DNA of 63,960 nt, the filler included, from Chlamydiia bacterium (GTDB lineage: Bacteria > Chlamydiota > Chlamydiia > Chlamydiales > FEN-1388), in NCBI GenBank assembly GCA_903848235.1. It is 9 parts of 9 records of this genome, joined end to end, with 100 filler letters (N's around TTAATTAATTAA, not from the genome) between each part and the next. Parts side by side here need not be neighbours in the genome. Positions count along the whole stretch, not along the records: positions 14,407 to 24,003 come from CAINFV010000222.1; positions 24,104 to 30,603 come from CAINFV010000223.1; 7 more parts are not named here. One strand, given 5' to 3'. The translations under genes and the position numbers were made by a program. Shown in pieces: positions 19,701 to 30,465 of this stretch (positions within the stretch are counted from its first letter, which is position 1; each line of letters begins with the position of its first letter). The notes under the pieces are model-generated. The model had not been told where the DNA came from. It saw only the letters and a list, made by a program, of their open reading frames with translations, and ran no database searches.

Positions 19701-22700
19701 TCATCTGGAGGTTTCTAACTGAACTTCGATGGCAAGAAGCTCGTGTATAAACTCTTCGGAGTACATTTTCTGTGGATCGCCTTCTACCTCTGCTTTTATT
19801 TTTTCAATCTTTAGTAAAAGCTGCGGATTGCTTTTTGCACGCTCTGTAAAATACAAAAGCGTGTTTTGTATGAACTGCCTCCCTCTGTCTGCGAGCATGC
19901 TCATGACGCCCTCTTTTGACTCCTGTGCCTGTAGATGAACAGCGCAGATATACTCTTCAATGTATTTCGACATTTTCTCAAATCCATCACTTCCAAGTTG
20001 AGAGCATCTGGCAAACAGGGCAAGGAGTTCTTTGTGTGTCAGGTGGAGATCTCCGGCAAAAATTTTTAGACAGACACGGTTGATAAGAAATGAAGGGTCA
20101 TCGCCCAAGGATGGTGGCGTTTTTCCCTCCTCAATGAGGGGATAGATGGCGCCAGAGTGAATGTTAACAATGGCAAGAGTTCTGTCATAACGGGAACGGT
20201 GCCGACAGAGCGCAGCTGCATCATGCTGGTCTAACGCAACCATAAGCGTCCCTTTTGGGCTACGCAGGTAGAGGGCAAGCTCTATTGGCTTAGAATGTAC
20301 TGTAAAAGGTGAAAAGGTTGCCTGTCCTATTGGATGAAGATTGAGAGTGGTTCCGACTTCATCAGGAATGATGACGGCTGCATTCGCGAGGTCCTCGTGA
20401 GATTGAAAAATACTTTTCAATGGAATGATTCCAGATATGCTTGGTCCGGAAGCATCCCTCAGGATATCCTCAGTATCACCTAATTTTGCAGACGTAATAA
20501 ATCGACCCCAATTTAAAGTATAAGTCTTCCATTCGAAAGGCATCCCTTCTTCTTGTGCCAATGCTCTGGTCTGTGTCTGAATCTGTGTCTGAGTCTGTAT
20601 CTGCATCATAGTTTCTTGATCCGAAGGAGCGTCTATAACGCTGCTTGGAAGTACGCTTGCCATTTTCATAAGTTCTGAAATCGCTTGATCAAATTCTCCG
20701 TGATCCAACATTCCTTTCTCTACCAAGTATGTATACGCTCTGGATTGACGAGTCGTTTTGACGATCTCATCGAGTTTGGTAAGCGTCTCAACATGTATTT
20801 GTCTCTCTCCATACTCATCAAACGGCTCTTTTGGCTTTTTGGATATAAAGAGACTTTCGCATGCCTCCAAGGCTTCGGGCAGTTCTTCTGCTCCAATTCT
20901 CAAGATGAGATTGTAAAAGGCTTTTTGAAGTAAGGCGTCTACTTTATGTTGGAACGCTCGGAAATTATCCATTGACTGACGTTCTATCTTATTTGCCAAG
21001 CCAAAGGCTACGATATGCCGTAACTCTACCGCCATTGCTGGGTCGAGATCCAGCTGTGGGCGGATAAGCTGTTCTGTCTCTTTGTTGATGACGATCGAAA
21101 CATGCTGCCCCTTGCCAAATTTTCTCAGACGCCATATTCCCTGAAAAAACTCGCTGTCAAGATCATCCTTTCCAACATAGACTGAGCAGTGGGCTTGGGC
21201 GCTAATTTTGAAATCTGCTCCCGTACTAAACGCTTTAGACCAAAATGCTGTTAGTGTCTCCGGCTTAAAAAGGTCTTTGGATGGATATGGATGGCTTGTT
21301 CGTTGTCTATCAAGAATACGAGGAATGTCCTGCTCATCGTGATAGACAACGCCTTGTATGGGTGGACCGCATGAGTCCAAGATCTTTTGTGCTACTTCAA
21401 TCCCCTTTTTATCTTTGAGAGCGCCTCCGATATCAATGATTCCGCAGTTTGGCTGATACAGTTCGGAAAGCGTGTCTGATGATAGGACTGTTACCTTTTG
21501 ATCTTCTCTGGATAAGATCGAGAGTGTCCGACCTATAGTTTCCAGGGAAGGTTTTGATGGTACAGGGTAAGCATCCTTGTTCCACAACGTACCAGAGAAT
21601 CCTCTCAAAATACTGCACATTGTCTTGAATATTTGTGTTGTTGTTTTCGAGTATGCATTTGGGCGAGAGATCTTTGTGAGAATGTGCTGTTCAATGAACA
21701 TCATTTTACAAGTGACGTGCTCTGGTTTTGACAAATAGTCGACAAGTATCTGTGGGCATTCTTCCAGAGACGAGTTGAGTAATCTCAGCGCCAGCTGATC
21801 ACCAAACGCTGCTCGAGCTACCCTAGCAGCGTCCGTCTCCTCGATTTTCATTCCTGGATTTTCTTGTATTTGTCTTCGAGCATGATCGCGAAGATCGTTG
21901 AGATATGGTACCACATACGGAAGCATGCGATCTGCCGGCAACTTCAGAAACATCAGGATCGTATAGTCAATTTCTTCAAGAGTGTTGCCAAAACGTGATC
22001 CAGAGACAGGCTTTCCTTCCGAATATGGCACGGCATATGGGGCTGCTGCTGCTTTTGTAGCCGGCTCACCATAGCGAATGCCTATAACTGCAGTACATGT
22101 CGCTGGTAGAATCGAGTGAATTTGCGTGTATGCGACGGCCAATATATCTCTCATCGTACTTGGGAGGTGTGCTATATCCTTCTTTGGACGGGTGCCTTTT
22201 AAGTACTCAAGCACCAGCGCGCCTTCACGCCCCATTGTTTCCTCGATGATTGGATCACCGGATTTGTTTAAAAACTCAACAAATTCCTCTACGAGAACTG
22301 GTGAGATTTGTTCCCTAAATTGGAGAGGGTCGGCGGGGAGTGGATATTTCGCCAGGAGAAGTGCGTGAAGGATCGTTGAAGTATGTATTGTTGTTGGATG
22401 AATAGGTTCAAGAGGTGATATCGACATCAAGTGTTCTTTCAATACGTCCCACACGGCATGCACTTCATCAAAGAGAAATGATCCAGAGGTGGCCATCAGG
22501 CTTAAAATCGATTGAAACAATTCGATTTCTTTGTGCGTTTCTTCGCCTTGTTCTTTTTGAATTGTGGACAGAAAGTGTAAAAATAGCCCTGTAATATCTT
22601 CTGGGCGTACTAAAACAACTTGATGGTTTGCCAGAGCATTTCTTAACCCTCTCTCTATCTCCTTAAGCGTTGAATATGGAATAGCTGTGTTTGGCTGCAG

Positions 22701-24003
22701 TTGCCATGAGAAGGCCTGTGTTGAAAAGCTATCCTGCAACGATTTTGCAATCTGCGGAGCCATAGAGGCGAACAGATTTGATGGAATGATGCCAAAGGAG
22801 AGTTTACCTTTCTGTGCCATGAAATAGGTGATCAGAGGCATCAACACAGACGTTTTTCCGGATGCCATAATCATTTCTTGCACTTTCGATTCTGAGCCTG
22901 CCTCCCCGGATAAAAAGTCACCTAAAGTTTCTATCTGGTTGGGTCTTAGGAAATGCCCAAAAGTATCTTCGAATATGAGGTATTCCGGTGCTTGTGCTGG
23001 AACATAAGCTCGCTTGGCCCCAACGAGCTCGCGCAGCTCCTGTATCTCCTCTTGCGTCAGGGTTTCTTTGGCTGCACATTCTGTGCCTACGCGGAGAAGT
23101 TCTTGGAGATGCTGCTGCCTCGTTTTGTGTACTAAATATTCAATGATTTTCTCTCGGAGTGTTCGGGCATTTTCTACAGTGAATGCTGGATTTAGTTGTA
23201 AAAACCCATTTGGGAATGGAGCTAACATTGCATTCACAGCGTCTTGCACTGTTATCTTACGCACCATTCTTGCAGATCCAAGTGTGGCTTGCGCTGCGTG
23301 GGCCTCCTCCTCGCGAAATGTTGCCGACAAAAGCTCTCGTATTTCTTTTCGATCCTTTTTCAGAGTAGCCTTAAGCGCTTTGCTTTTTGTTTCGATTTCT
23401 TTTAAAGACTCTTCTAAATGGGCTCTATCCACCGTAATGGCAGTTTGCGCAGTTGCTCGTCTGGCAAATTCGCTGGCTGCTGAGCCATACTCAGAGCATG
23501 CCATCTGTGCAATTGGCGGCCTAGCCTTGATACAGGAAACAACGGAAAGGGCGTATTGCAGTCCAGCCGATGGTTCTATTTCTGCTATGGTTTCAGAAAA
23601 TACCTCTTGAAAACTCCCTTCAAGTGAAACTTGAGACGGATCCTCAATCTGTGAGACTTCTGCTTCCATTGGGGAGGCTTTTGCTTCCCCTTCGTCGAGA
23701 GCACATTCCTCAGCCTCGCTCGTCAAGGGAGTCCCTCGAATGATCTCTAAAGATTCAGGGGATACTTCCTGACACTGTTGTTCATCAAATATGCTTTGCG
23801 CAACTGAAATTAACCCATCGAATTCTTTTTGCTGGATGAATGGTGAAAACGTTAGTGTTATTTTTTTATTAACTTCAGCACATTCTTTACGAAATCTTTC
23901 CGGATTTTCTAAGGCAGCTAAAAGAATCGCCGCCGCTGTTTGTTTGCTTGAAACTTTCCCCCTAGCTGCGATTGATAGAATTATTTTGACTCTTTCAACT
24001 TCC
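19701..24003 (-). CDS. Giant DUF3638/DUF3645 (SF2 helicase-like P-loop) protein, 5'-truncated by contig end
   Basis: QEMIMASGKTSVLMP, FLFDEVH, YAVPY...P..GSRF, GFSGT, IIDIGGAL, TGADFK and QGIWRLRK; the frame stays open upstream of 23726 toward the contig edge. Confidence 0.75.
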
Positions 24004-24103
24004 NNNNNNNNNNNNNNNNNNNNNNNNNNNNNNNNNNNNNNNNNNNNTTAATTAATTAANNNNNNNNNNNNNNNNNNNNNNNNNNNNNNNNNNNNNNNNN
24101 NNN

Positions 24104-24201
24104 ATGGTACTATCGAAGGGTTTTCGTCAGAAGGATTTCTGATACTACGGACTGTAGAAGGAAAGCAGATCTCTGTTGCTCAAGGCGTTATTGAAAACTA
24201 G
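24104..24201 (+). CDS. birA: C-terminal fragment of biotin-protein ligase
   Basis: GTIEGFSSEGFLILRTVEGKQISVAQGVIEN* resembles the SH3-like BPL C-terminal domain. Confidence 0.55.
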
Positions 24202-24205
24202 TTTT

Positions 24206-24496
24206 TTAGCTTGTCGGCAGATTTCCAAGTGACGGCACTACCACAAGAGACGAATGGACTTTCGAGCTGAGCACCTGTTGGATAAACCCTAAGGTGCCAT
24301 AGAGCGCCATAGGGCAGGAGGCACACGCCCCCCGATAGGCAATTGTCACCTGGCTTCCGTTGACCAGGTCAAGGATGTCAACGCCGCCGCCATCACGGCC
24401 GAGCGCTGGAGCAATCTCTGCCTCAACGACAACTCTGATGAGAGCGAGCTTCTGGTCATGAGAAAGAGCATCCCATTCCGGATGGGCCTCTTCCAT
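24206..24496 (-). CDS. NifU C-terminal domain (Nfu-type) Fe-S carrier
   Basis: IAPALGRDGGGV...YRGACASCP (CxxC). Confidence 0.88.
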   Translation of the reverse strand: MEEAHPEWDALSHDQKLALIRVVVEAEIAPALGRDGGGVDILDLVNGSQVTIAYRGACASCPMALYGTLGFIQQVLSSKVHSSLVVVPSLGNLPTS

Positions 24497-24497
24497 C

Positions 24498-25493
24498 TCA
24501 GCTCTCCTCCACGACAAGTGTGGAGATAATATCTTTGAGCTGACGAAGGCCTTCTCCAGTTTCTGCGGAGACTTCAATGATACAAGGATGGTTGACCGCT
24601 GTGCGAAACTCTGCCACAAACTCAACCGATGATTCTAAATCACATTTATTCAAAACGACGCATGAAGGACGGTTGAGAAGGTCTGGGTCATAGGCGCGAA
24701 GCTCTTGGAGCAGCACCTGGTAGTCTGACACAGGGTCTCTGCCATCAACACCGGCAGCGTCGAGAACAAACAGCAAGGCACGCGTTCTTTCTATGTGACG
24801 CAGGAACTCTAAGCCAAGCCCGCGATTCTCATGAGCATTTTCGATGATGCCCGGGATATCTGTGAGCAATACTCTACGGCCGCCTTCAAAGGAAATAAAA
24901 CCGAGATTTGGAGTTAGCGTGGTAAAGGGATAGGCGCCGATTTCTACTTGTGTATAGGTAAGCTTCATCAGCAAGGTGGATTTCCCCGCATTGGGGTAGC
25001 CTACCAGCCCAACGTCGCCAATGAGCTTGAGTTCAAACTCTATCTTTCGATGTTCGCCAGGCTCGCCAGGAGTTGCAATGTTGGGAGCTCTATTGGTAGA
25101 ACTTTTAAAGTGGGTATTTCCCTTGCCGCCCTTCCCACCCTGGCAGAGCACAAACTCGTCATGGTAGTTCGTTCCGTCAAACAGAATTTCTTTGGTGTCA
25201 AGGTCGCGGACCAGTGTTCCTGGCGGGATTTTCAAGATCGCGTCTTCGCCATCCTTACCCTTGCAGCAAGAAGAGCCACCCTTGCCACCATGTTCTGCAG
25301 TGATTTTACGGATATGACGAAACCACTCTAAACCAGAAGTGTTTGGATCAACGAGGAGACGGACTGAGCCGCCATGGCCGCCATCGCCGCCGGCAGGGCC
25401 GCCTTTTGGGATAAATTTCTCCCGACGCCAGGAAACAATGCCATTGCCACCATCTCCTGCAGCGATTTCTATATCAACACGATCTACAAACAT
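24498..25493 (-). CDS. obgE: GTPase Obg/CgtA
   Basis: MFVDRV..AGDGGNG, GGDGGHGG, GYPNAGKST, YPFTTL, DIPG and NKCD. Confidence 0.97.
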   Translation of the reverse strand: MFVDRVDIEIAAGDGGNGIVSWRREKFIPKGGPAGGDGGHGGSVRLLVDPNTSGLEWFRHIRKITAEHGGKGGSSCCKGKDGEDAILKIPPGTLVRDLDTKEILFDGTNYHDEFVLCQGGKGGKGNTHFKSSTNRAPNIATPGEPGEHRKIEFELKLIGDVGLVGYPNAGKSTLLMKLTYTQVEIGAYPFTTLTPNLGFISFEGGRRVLLTDIPGIIENAHENRGLGLEFLRHIERTRALLFVLDAAGVDGRDPVSDYQVLLQELRAYDPDLLNRPSCVVLNKCDLESSVEFVAEFRTAVNHPCIIEVSAETGEGLRQLKDIISTLVVEES

Positions 25494-25528
25494 TCTCGTT
25501 CTTCAAAAATTGATTTCCATCGCAGATG

Positions 25529-25563
25529 AAAAAAAAGGATGTTGGCCAAAGGCTCAACATCCT
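25529..25563 (-). terminator. Intrinsic terminator between rpmA and obgE
   Basis: AGGATGTTG/CAACATCCT stem followed by a T-run on the minus strand. Confidence 0.7.
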
Positions 25564-25589
25564 AACTTCACTCACGACAGCTGAATTAT

Positions 25590-25847
25590 TTAGACAGCCA
25601 AAGCTGGTGTGACAGAGACGAGTGTCTTCGTCGTCTTTCGAAAAACGACAAAGCCATCGACTACTGTGAACAAGGAATCATCGCAAGCGCGACGTACATT
25701 GTTGCCAGGATGCCATTTCGTCCCACGTTGACGCGCAAGAATACTTCCTGCTGTCACAAACTCACCTTCATACACTTTAATGCCAAGGCGCTGAGAGTTA
25801 GAATCACGGCCGTTCTTCGACGCACCCTGACCTTTTTTATGTGCCAT
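25590..25847 (-). CDS. rpmA: 50S ribosomal protein L27
   Basis: [16 protein letters not shown]...[10 protein letters not shown]. Confidence 0.97.
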   Translation of the reverse strand: MAHKKGQGASKNGRDSNSQRLGIKVYEGEFVTAGSILARQRGTKWHPGNNVRRACDDSLFTVVDGFVVFRKTTKTLVSVTPALAV

Positions 25848-25862
25848 TGTAGTTTAGCTCCC

Positions 25863-26177
25863 TTACCCTTGAATATCGACAATTTTCAGCTGAGCATAGC
25901 GCTGACGATGACCAAATTTTCGGTATTCGTTTTTGCGTTTCTTATATTTCAGTGACGATATCTTTGGTCCTTTTACCTCAGCAACATACTGAGCTTTGAC
26001 AACATAGCCAGGAACCATAGGGGCTCCAAGGACCACGCTTCCATCGTCGTTAGAAACCATTAACACGTCGTTCAGATCTACCTGTTTACCAGGTTCTGCA
26101 TCAAGGCAATCGACGTGAATGACATCGCCTTTTTGGACGCGAAATTGCTTGCTGCCAGCTTGAATAATTGCGTACAT
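25863..26177 (-). CDS. rplU: 50S ribosomal protein L21
   Basis: MYAIIQAGSKQFRV...KYKKRK...GHRQ; start at ATG 26177. Confidence 0.96.
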   Translation of the reverse strand: MYAIIQAGSKQFRVQKGDVIHVDCLDAEPGKQVDLNDVLMVSNDDGSVVLGAPMVPGYVVKAQYVAEVKGPKISSLKYKKRKNEYRKFGHRQRYAQLKIVDIQG

Positions 26178-26311
26178 AGCGTTTGAAAGGGCTCCTCGCT
26201 CAAAATGGACTATCCTTACCTCACCATGTGAGGGAAGGCTGGCAACCAGGATACCAGACACCCCCCTTTTCCTGGAACCATTTTTGTCGAGTTAGGGACT
26301 ACGATTCAGTA

Positions 26312-27598
26312 TTACTGGGCGCTGGGCTCATCCTGGGCCCGGCGCTGGCCTCGTAAACGCTGAAAATATTCAAGCCGCCGTTCGAGCTCTCTTTCAAACC
26401 CCCGTTGTACGGGAACATAATAGCTCTTCTCTCGTACCCCTTCAGGAAAATACTCCTGCCCGGAAAACGCATCCACACACTCGTGATCCCACTCATACCC
26501 TTTTGAAAATCCCTGCTGCTTCATCCATTGTGTGGGGGCATTGAGGATGTGAGTTGGAGGCATGAGATGAGACGTCTCTGCAGCAGCAGCCCGCGCCTTG
26601 TCAAAGGCAACGTAGGCAGAAGCGCTCTTTGGTGCAAGCGCCAGATACAGCGCAACTTCCGCTAAGGCAAGCTCTCCTTCTGGGCTACCCATTGCTTTGT
26701 AGCATTCCTGAGCACTCAGCGCATATGGCAGAGCTTGGGGATCGGCAAGGCCTATATCTTCAATCGACATCCGAATCAGCCGACGAGCAACATAGAGGGG
26801 GTCCTCGCCCGCCGTTAAGAGTCGCGCTAGCCAATACAATGCAGCCTGACAGTCTGACCCGCGGACAGCTTTATGAAGGGCTGAGATCAAAAAATATCGA
26901 CCTTCGCCTTCTGATGTTAACCCGCCAACATGGTGAGAGAGGAGGTCGCGAAGGCTATTCACATTATAGCTAGCAGCGTTTTGCTGTTCTACCAGCGGCT
27001 CGATCAATGTCAAAAGTTTTCGTGCATCGCCGACCGACCACCCGATCACCAGCCGTTTGGCGTCTTCATCCATGGATAGGTGAGGATGGGATTCTAAGAC
27101 TCTGTTGATGAGCTTGAGTAACTCCTCATCTCCTAACGATGCAAAGGTCAGCACCGTCATCCGTGAGAGAAGAGCGCTCGAGAGGACAAAGGACGGATTC
27201 TCAGTGGTCGACGCCACGAGAGCAACAGTCCCATCTTCGACAGCCCGTAAGAGAAGATCTTGCTGAGGACGCGTCAGCCGATGGATCTCATCGATCCAAA
27301 AGATTGTAGGTCGAAAGAGAGGGGAGCTGTTGGCCTCCTCAAGAACGCGTTTGACTTCGGCGGCCTGGAAGAGCGTTGGATGGAGGTCAACATGAGGGCA
27401 GGAGAATGAGGCTAGATAGATACGCGCTAAGGACGTCTTCCCACAACCTGGAGGACCCCAAAACAGTAAACTTGCAGGACGGCCTCTGGCAATCGAGCGG
27501 CGGATAACACCATTTTCTTGAAGCCACCGCTCCTGACCAAAAAACTGATCAAAAGCTTTTGGGCGAAATCGTTCTGAAAGTGAAAGTACGTGAGTCAT
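26312..27598 (-). CDS. rarA: Replication-associated recombination protein A (MgsA)
   Basis: GPPGCGKT, IDEIHR, TTENPSF, LISALHKAVRGSD and EDIGLADP. Confidence 0.95.
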   Translation of the reverse strand: MTHVLSLSERFRPKAFDQFFGQERWLQENGVIRRSIARGRPASLLFWGPPGCGKTSLARIYLASFSCPHVDLHPTLFQAAEVKRVLEEANSSPLFRPTIFWIDEIHRLTRPQQDLLLRAVEDGTVALVASTTENPSFVLSSALLSRMTVLTFASLGDEELLKLINRVLESHPHLSMDEDAKRLVIGWSVGDARKLLTLIEPLVEQQNAASYNVNSLRDLLSHHVGGLTSEGEGRYFLISALHKAVRGSDCQAALYWLARLLTAGEDPLYVARRLIRMSIEDIGLADPQALPYALSAQECYKAMGSPEGELALAEVALYLALAPKSASAYVAFDKARAAAAETSHLMPPTHILNAPTQWMKQQGFSKGYEWDHECVDAFSGQEYFPEGVREKSYYVPVQRGFERELERRLEYFQRLRGQRRAQDEPSAQ

Positions 27599-27633
27599 GC
27601 GTTCTATTGTATTACCGCCATCCCTTCACTTCA

Positions 27634-27674
27634 ACTGGACTTTAGCATTTTTTGGGCCCGATTTCGCATTCGTT
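27634..27674 (-). repeat. Palindromic element A, isolated right-end fragment
   Basis: ACTGGACTTTAGCATTTTTTGGGCCCGATTTCGCATTCGTT is the reverse complement of the element's right arm (cf. 9639-9660). Confidence 0.85.
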
Positions 27675-27676
27675 AC

Positions 27677-28312
27677 TTATTTCACCGGGCATCCATAGGG
27701 AATAGTCTCCGGAGGAACCACTCTTCGATCCTTAATGGCGTTTTCTAAGGCATTTTTCAACCAAGGCAGGTTATTGAATTGTTCAATTTCCGCAGGGTCT
27801 GTGCCTCGTAAACTGTCAACAGCTCCTCGGTACAGCATTGTCCCGTCCTTGCCAATGACCATAACCTCTGGCGTCCTTTGCGCTCCGTATAAATCCGCCA
27901 GTTCACAAGCATCATCGATAATCACTGTTGTCGGATGAGCTCCCCACTGCTGTAATTGCGCCTTCCACTCTTCCGCGGATAAATAACCCGAACGGTCAGG
28001 AGAACTTGAATCGACAAGAATCCACACCACTCCCACAGACGGTTGGGTGAAGCGCTTTTGCATAGCTTGCATGTCTCCAACACCATCATTTGTATCTTTC
28101 GAATAGTGCTTCTTGACATAAGGGCACTTCGGATTTGTCCATTCCAAAACGACGATCTTACCCCTGTGACTTTCTAAAGTGACTTCCTGGCCATTATAAT
28201 CTTTCATCTGAAAATTCGGGGCTTCTCTCCCCACTTCGGCATATCCATACAAGGCACCGACAGCACAGATACACGCAACGATGATTCCTTGAAACAACGG
28301 GCGATGAGTCAT
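27677..28312 (-). CDS. Exported redoxin (AhpC/TSA, thioredoxin fold)
   Basis: VG..APNF, VVLEWTNPKCPYVKKHY, YGAQRTP, YRGAVD and PYGCPVK; N-terminal hydrophobic signal. Confidence 0.88.
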   Translation of the reverse strand: MTHRPLFQGIIVACICAVGALYGYAEVGREAPNFQMKDYNGQEVTLESHRGKIVVLEWTNPKCPYVKKHYSKDTNDGVGDMQAMQKRFTQPSVGVVWILVDSSSPDRSGYLSAEEWKAQLQQWGAHPTTVIIDDACELADLYGAQRTPEVMVIGKDGTMLYRGAVDSLRGTDPAEIEQFNNLPWLKNALENAIKDRRVVPPETIPYGCPVK

Positions 28313-28461
28313 ACTCTCACTTTTCTCCTTTCGGAATGATCCTAAATACCGGTGACAGTTGAAGAATTGGGCATAGTGCCTTTGTAGCGAGTTTCTATTG
28401 AATTTTTCAACACAATACGTTACGTAAATATAAAAGTTCATTTATTTGAGGAGAACCTTGC

Positions 28462-28707
28462 ATGAAGAAGACCGCCATTCACATCACTTTCCTTTTTGTT
28501 CTTTTGGGAGGGACCCTCTCAGCTCTGTCACCTCAACTCCAGTATGGTGATGCTGCGTCTGATGCCAGAAGAGATGCCGATCGTCGACGACGCCAGCAAG
28601 AAGCCACCCGCAAAGATGAGGAGAGAAGACGAATCCGTAACGAGGAAGAAAAGAATCAAGAGCAACGACTCAATCCAGATCGCATCTTCATAACCTCCTT
28701 AGAATAG
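28462..28707 (+). CDS. Small secreted, highly charged hypothetical protein
   Basis: GAGGAG RBS, signal peptide ending TLSA, R/E/D-rich mature part. Confidence 0.65.
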   Translation: MKKTAIHITFLFVLLGGTLSALSPQLQYGDAASDARRDADRRRRQQEATRKDEERRRIRNEEEKNQEQRLNPDRIFITSLE

Positions 28708-28739
28708 AACTTCGGAAGTTCAGAACTTGCCATCTGTAA

Positions 28740-28765
28740 TGGCTGAAGAAGAGCAGCTTCAGCCA
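28740..28765. terminator. Hairpin between convergent small genes
   Basis: TGGCTGAAG/CTTCAGCCA inverted repeat. Confidence 0.45.
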
Positions 28766-28781
28766 TTACCAACCAATCTTT

Positions 28782-29105
28782 CTATTCATCAGAAGAGCAA
28801 TCCCCCCTACTATTAAACGGGGTGGCAACCTGAAGTTCAGGATGCATATTACGTTGCTTCTTCTGCCTTTCGGGGCGGGCCCCATCTTGACGCCCACTGC
28901 GATCGCGACTCCGGGTTTGACTAATTTCATCACGATCTCGATCATCGCAATGAGAGTCCCGATCCCGTTCCTGATGTTCACTCCTCTCCATTTCTCTGCC
29001 TTGATCTGAGTCAGCATGCAAGAAACGAGGGGTAAAAGTTAGGATTGATGCTCCAACGAGAGCGAGGAGCCACGCCCTACCGCACATCTTTGAGATCATA
29101 GCCAT
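28782..29105 (-). CDS. Small secreted, highly charged hypothetical protein
   Basis: GGGAGGA RBS before ATG 29105, signal peptide ending FLHA, RD-rich mature part. Confidence 0.6.
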   Translation of the reverse strand: MAMISKMCGRAWLLALVGASILTFTPRFLHADSDQGREMERSEHQERDRDSHCDDRDRDEISQTRSRDRSGRQDGARPERQKKQRNMHPELQVATPFNSRGDCSSDE

Positions 29106-29460
29106 ATCCTCCCATTTGTACATTGCCACCCAAGTTGCCACCCAATGGCGTCAACTTGGGTGTTTCCCTCAGCACTGGATGGGAATGGCTTCGCTAGAAA
29201 GACCTCCCCACTACCTGCCGTGGTTACTTTATTAAGTAATACATTTTATTTATAAAATCAATATTTATATCGCATATTCATAAAAATAATTTGTTTTGCA
29301 AAAGAGAAAGAAATATCTAAAAAGCAATATGGATTTTCACTAAATCCGACAGTGATTGGAAGAAACACATGCCTTGGAGCATACTTTCCCAACCCCTCTT
29401 CTCCCCGTGAGGAGGTCGAGCGGCAATCACCATAGTCCTAGAAAATGGAGCGAGATAATT

Positions 29461-30465
29461 ATGGTTTTTAAAAGGTTTTTTGCACTTTTACTACTATCTC
29501 TTCTTTCACTGAAGGGCGCCGCATTCTGCCAAGGCGACGAACAAATAATTCGAGAACTATTTGAGAGAACCACTGGCCGAACGACCTTTTCCTTGAATAT
29601 CATCCCCATTGCAGAGGGGCTCACGAATAGAAATTACAAGGTCTTCTTTGATGGGGATCCCGTCTTTGTTCGCCTCGGACATAAAGATCCTCATTCGCTC
29701 AGGATTGACAGAGCCAAAGAGCTCTCTATGTATAGGCTTGTAGAAAAGGATGGCATTGCTCCTCAGCTGCTGTATTCGGATCCATCGACAGGAACTCTCG
29801 TCGCCCCCTTTATCCAAGGAACTCCCTATGGAAAAAAAGGAGGACAATGGCTGTACGAACGAACTGAGTCGATACGAAAAATCGTATCTCTGCTCTGTCG
29901 CACTCATGCCCATCAATCTCCAGGTCTTCAAGAGATTGAGTACCCCTTCCATATCATCGAGGCCTATATTCAACAAGCCCGTGCTGCCTCGGCTCTTCTG
30001 CCGAAGGATATAGATCGCGCCCTCGATATGGTTCGAACACTGAAGAGCTATCACCCACAACACTCAAGCGTGCTCTGCCATCAAGATCTGGTCCCTGACA
30101 ATTTCATCTTTGACGGGGAAAACTTATTCTTAGTTGACTGGGAGTATGCTGACTGGGGAGATCCAATGTATGACTTAGCAGCCCTCTGTATCGAGCATCA
30201 GTTTGACGAAGAAGAGAAGGAGATGGTTCTTCAAAACTACTTCCAGACGCCAACCGAAAAAGAAAGGGTACACTTGGAGATGATGTGCATGCTTTATTCG
30301 TTGAGAGACGCTCTGTGGTACTTCATTGAAAATAATCCCTCTCCAGAAAAACGGTGCGATTACCTCGGGTTGGCGTACTATCACTATCACAATTTTTACG
30401 CCTCAGCACAATGGCTGCAAGACCATCAGGTATCCCTCGCCTCATATAATACCGCTTCCACTTGA
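29461..30465 (+). CDS. Choline/ethanolamine kinase (LicA-like) with signal peptide
   Basis: GLTNRNYK, Brenner motif CHQDLVPDN, LVDWEYA..GDPMYDLA; N-terminus MVFKRFFALLLLSLLSL. Confidence 0.82.
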   Translation: MVFKRFFALLLLSLLSLKGAAFCQGDEQIIRELFERTTGRTTFSLNIIPIAEGLTNRNYKVFFDGDPVFVRLGHKDPHSLRIDRAKELSMYRLVEKDGIAPQLLYSDPSTGTLVAPFIQGTPYGKKGGQWLYERTESIRKIVSLLCRTHAHQSPGLQEIEYPFHIIEAYIQQARAASALLPKDIDRALDMVRTLKSYHPQHSSVLCHQDLVPDNFIFDGENLFLVDWEYADWGDPMYDLAALCIEHQFDEEEKEMVLQNYFQTPTEKERVHLEMMCMLYSLRDALWYFIENNPSPEKRCDYLGLAYYHYHNFYASAQWLQDHQVSLASYNTAST

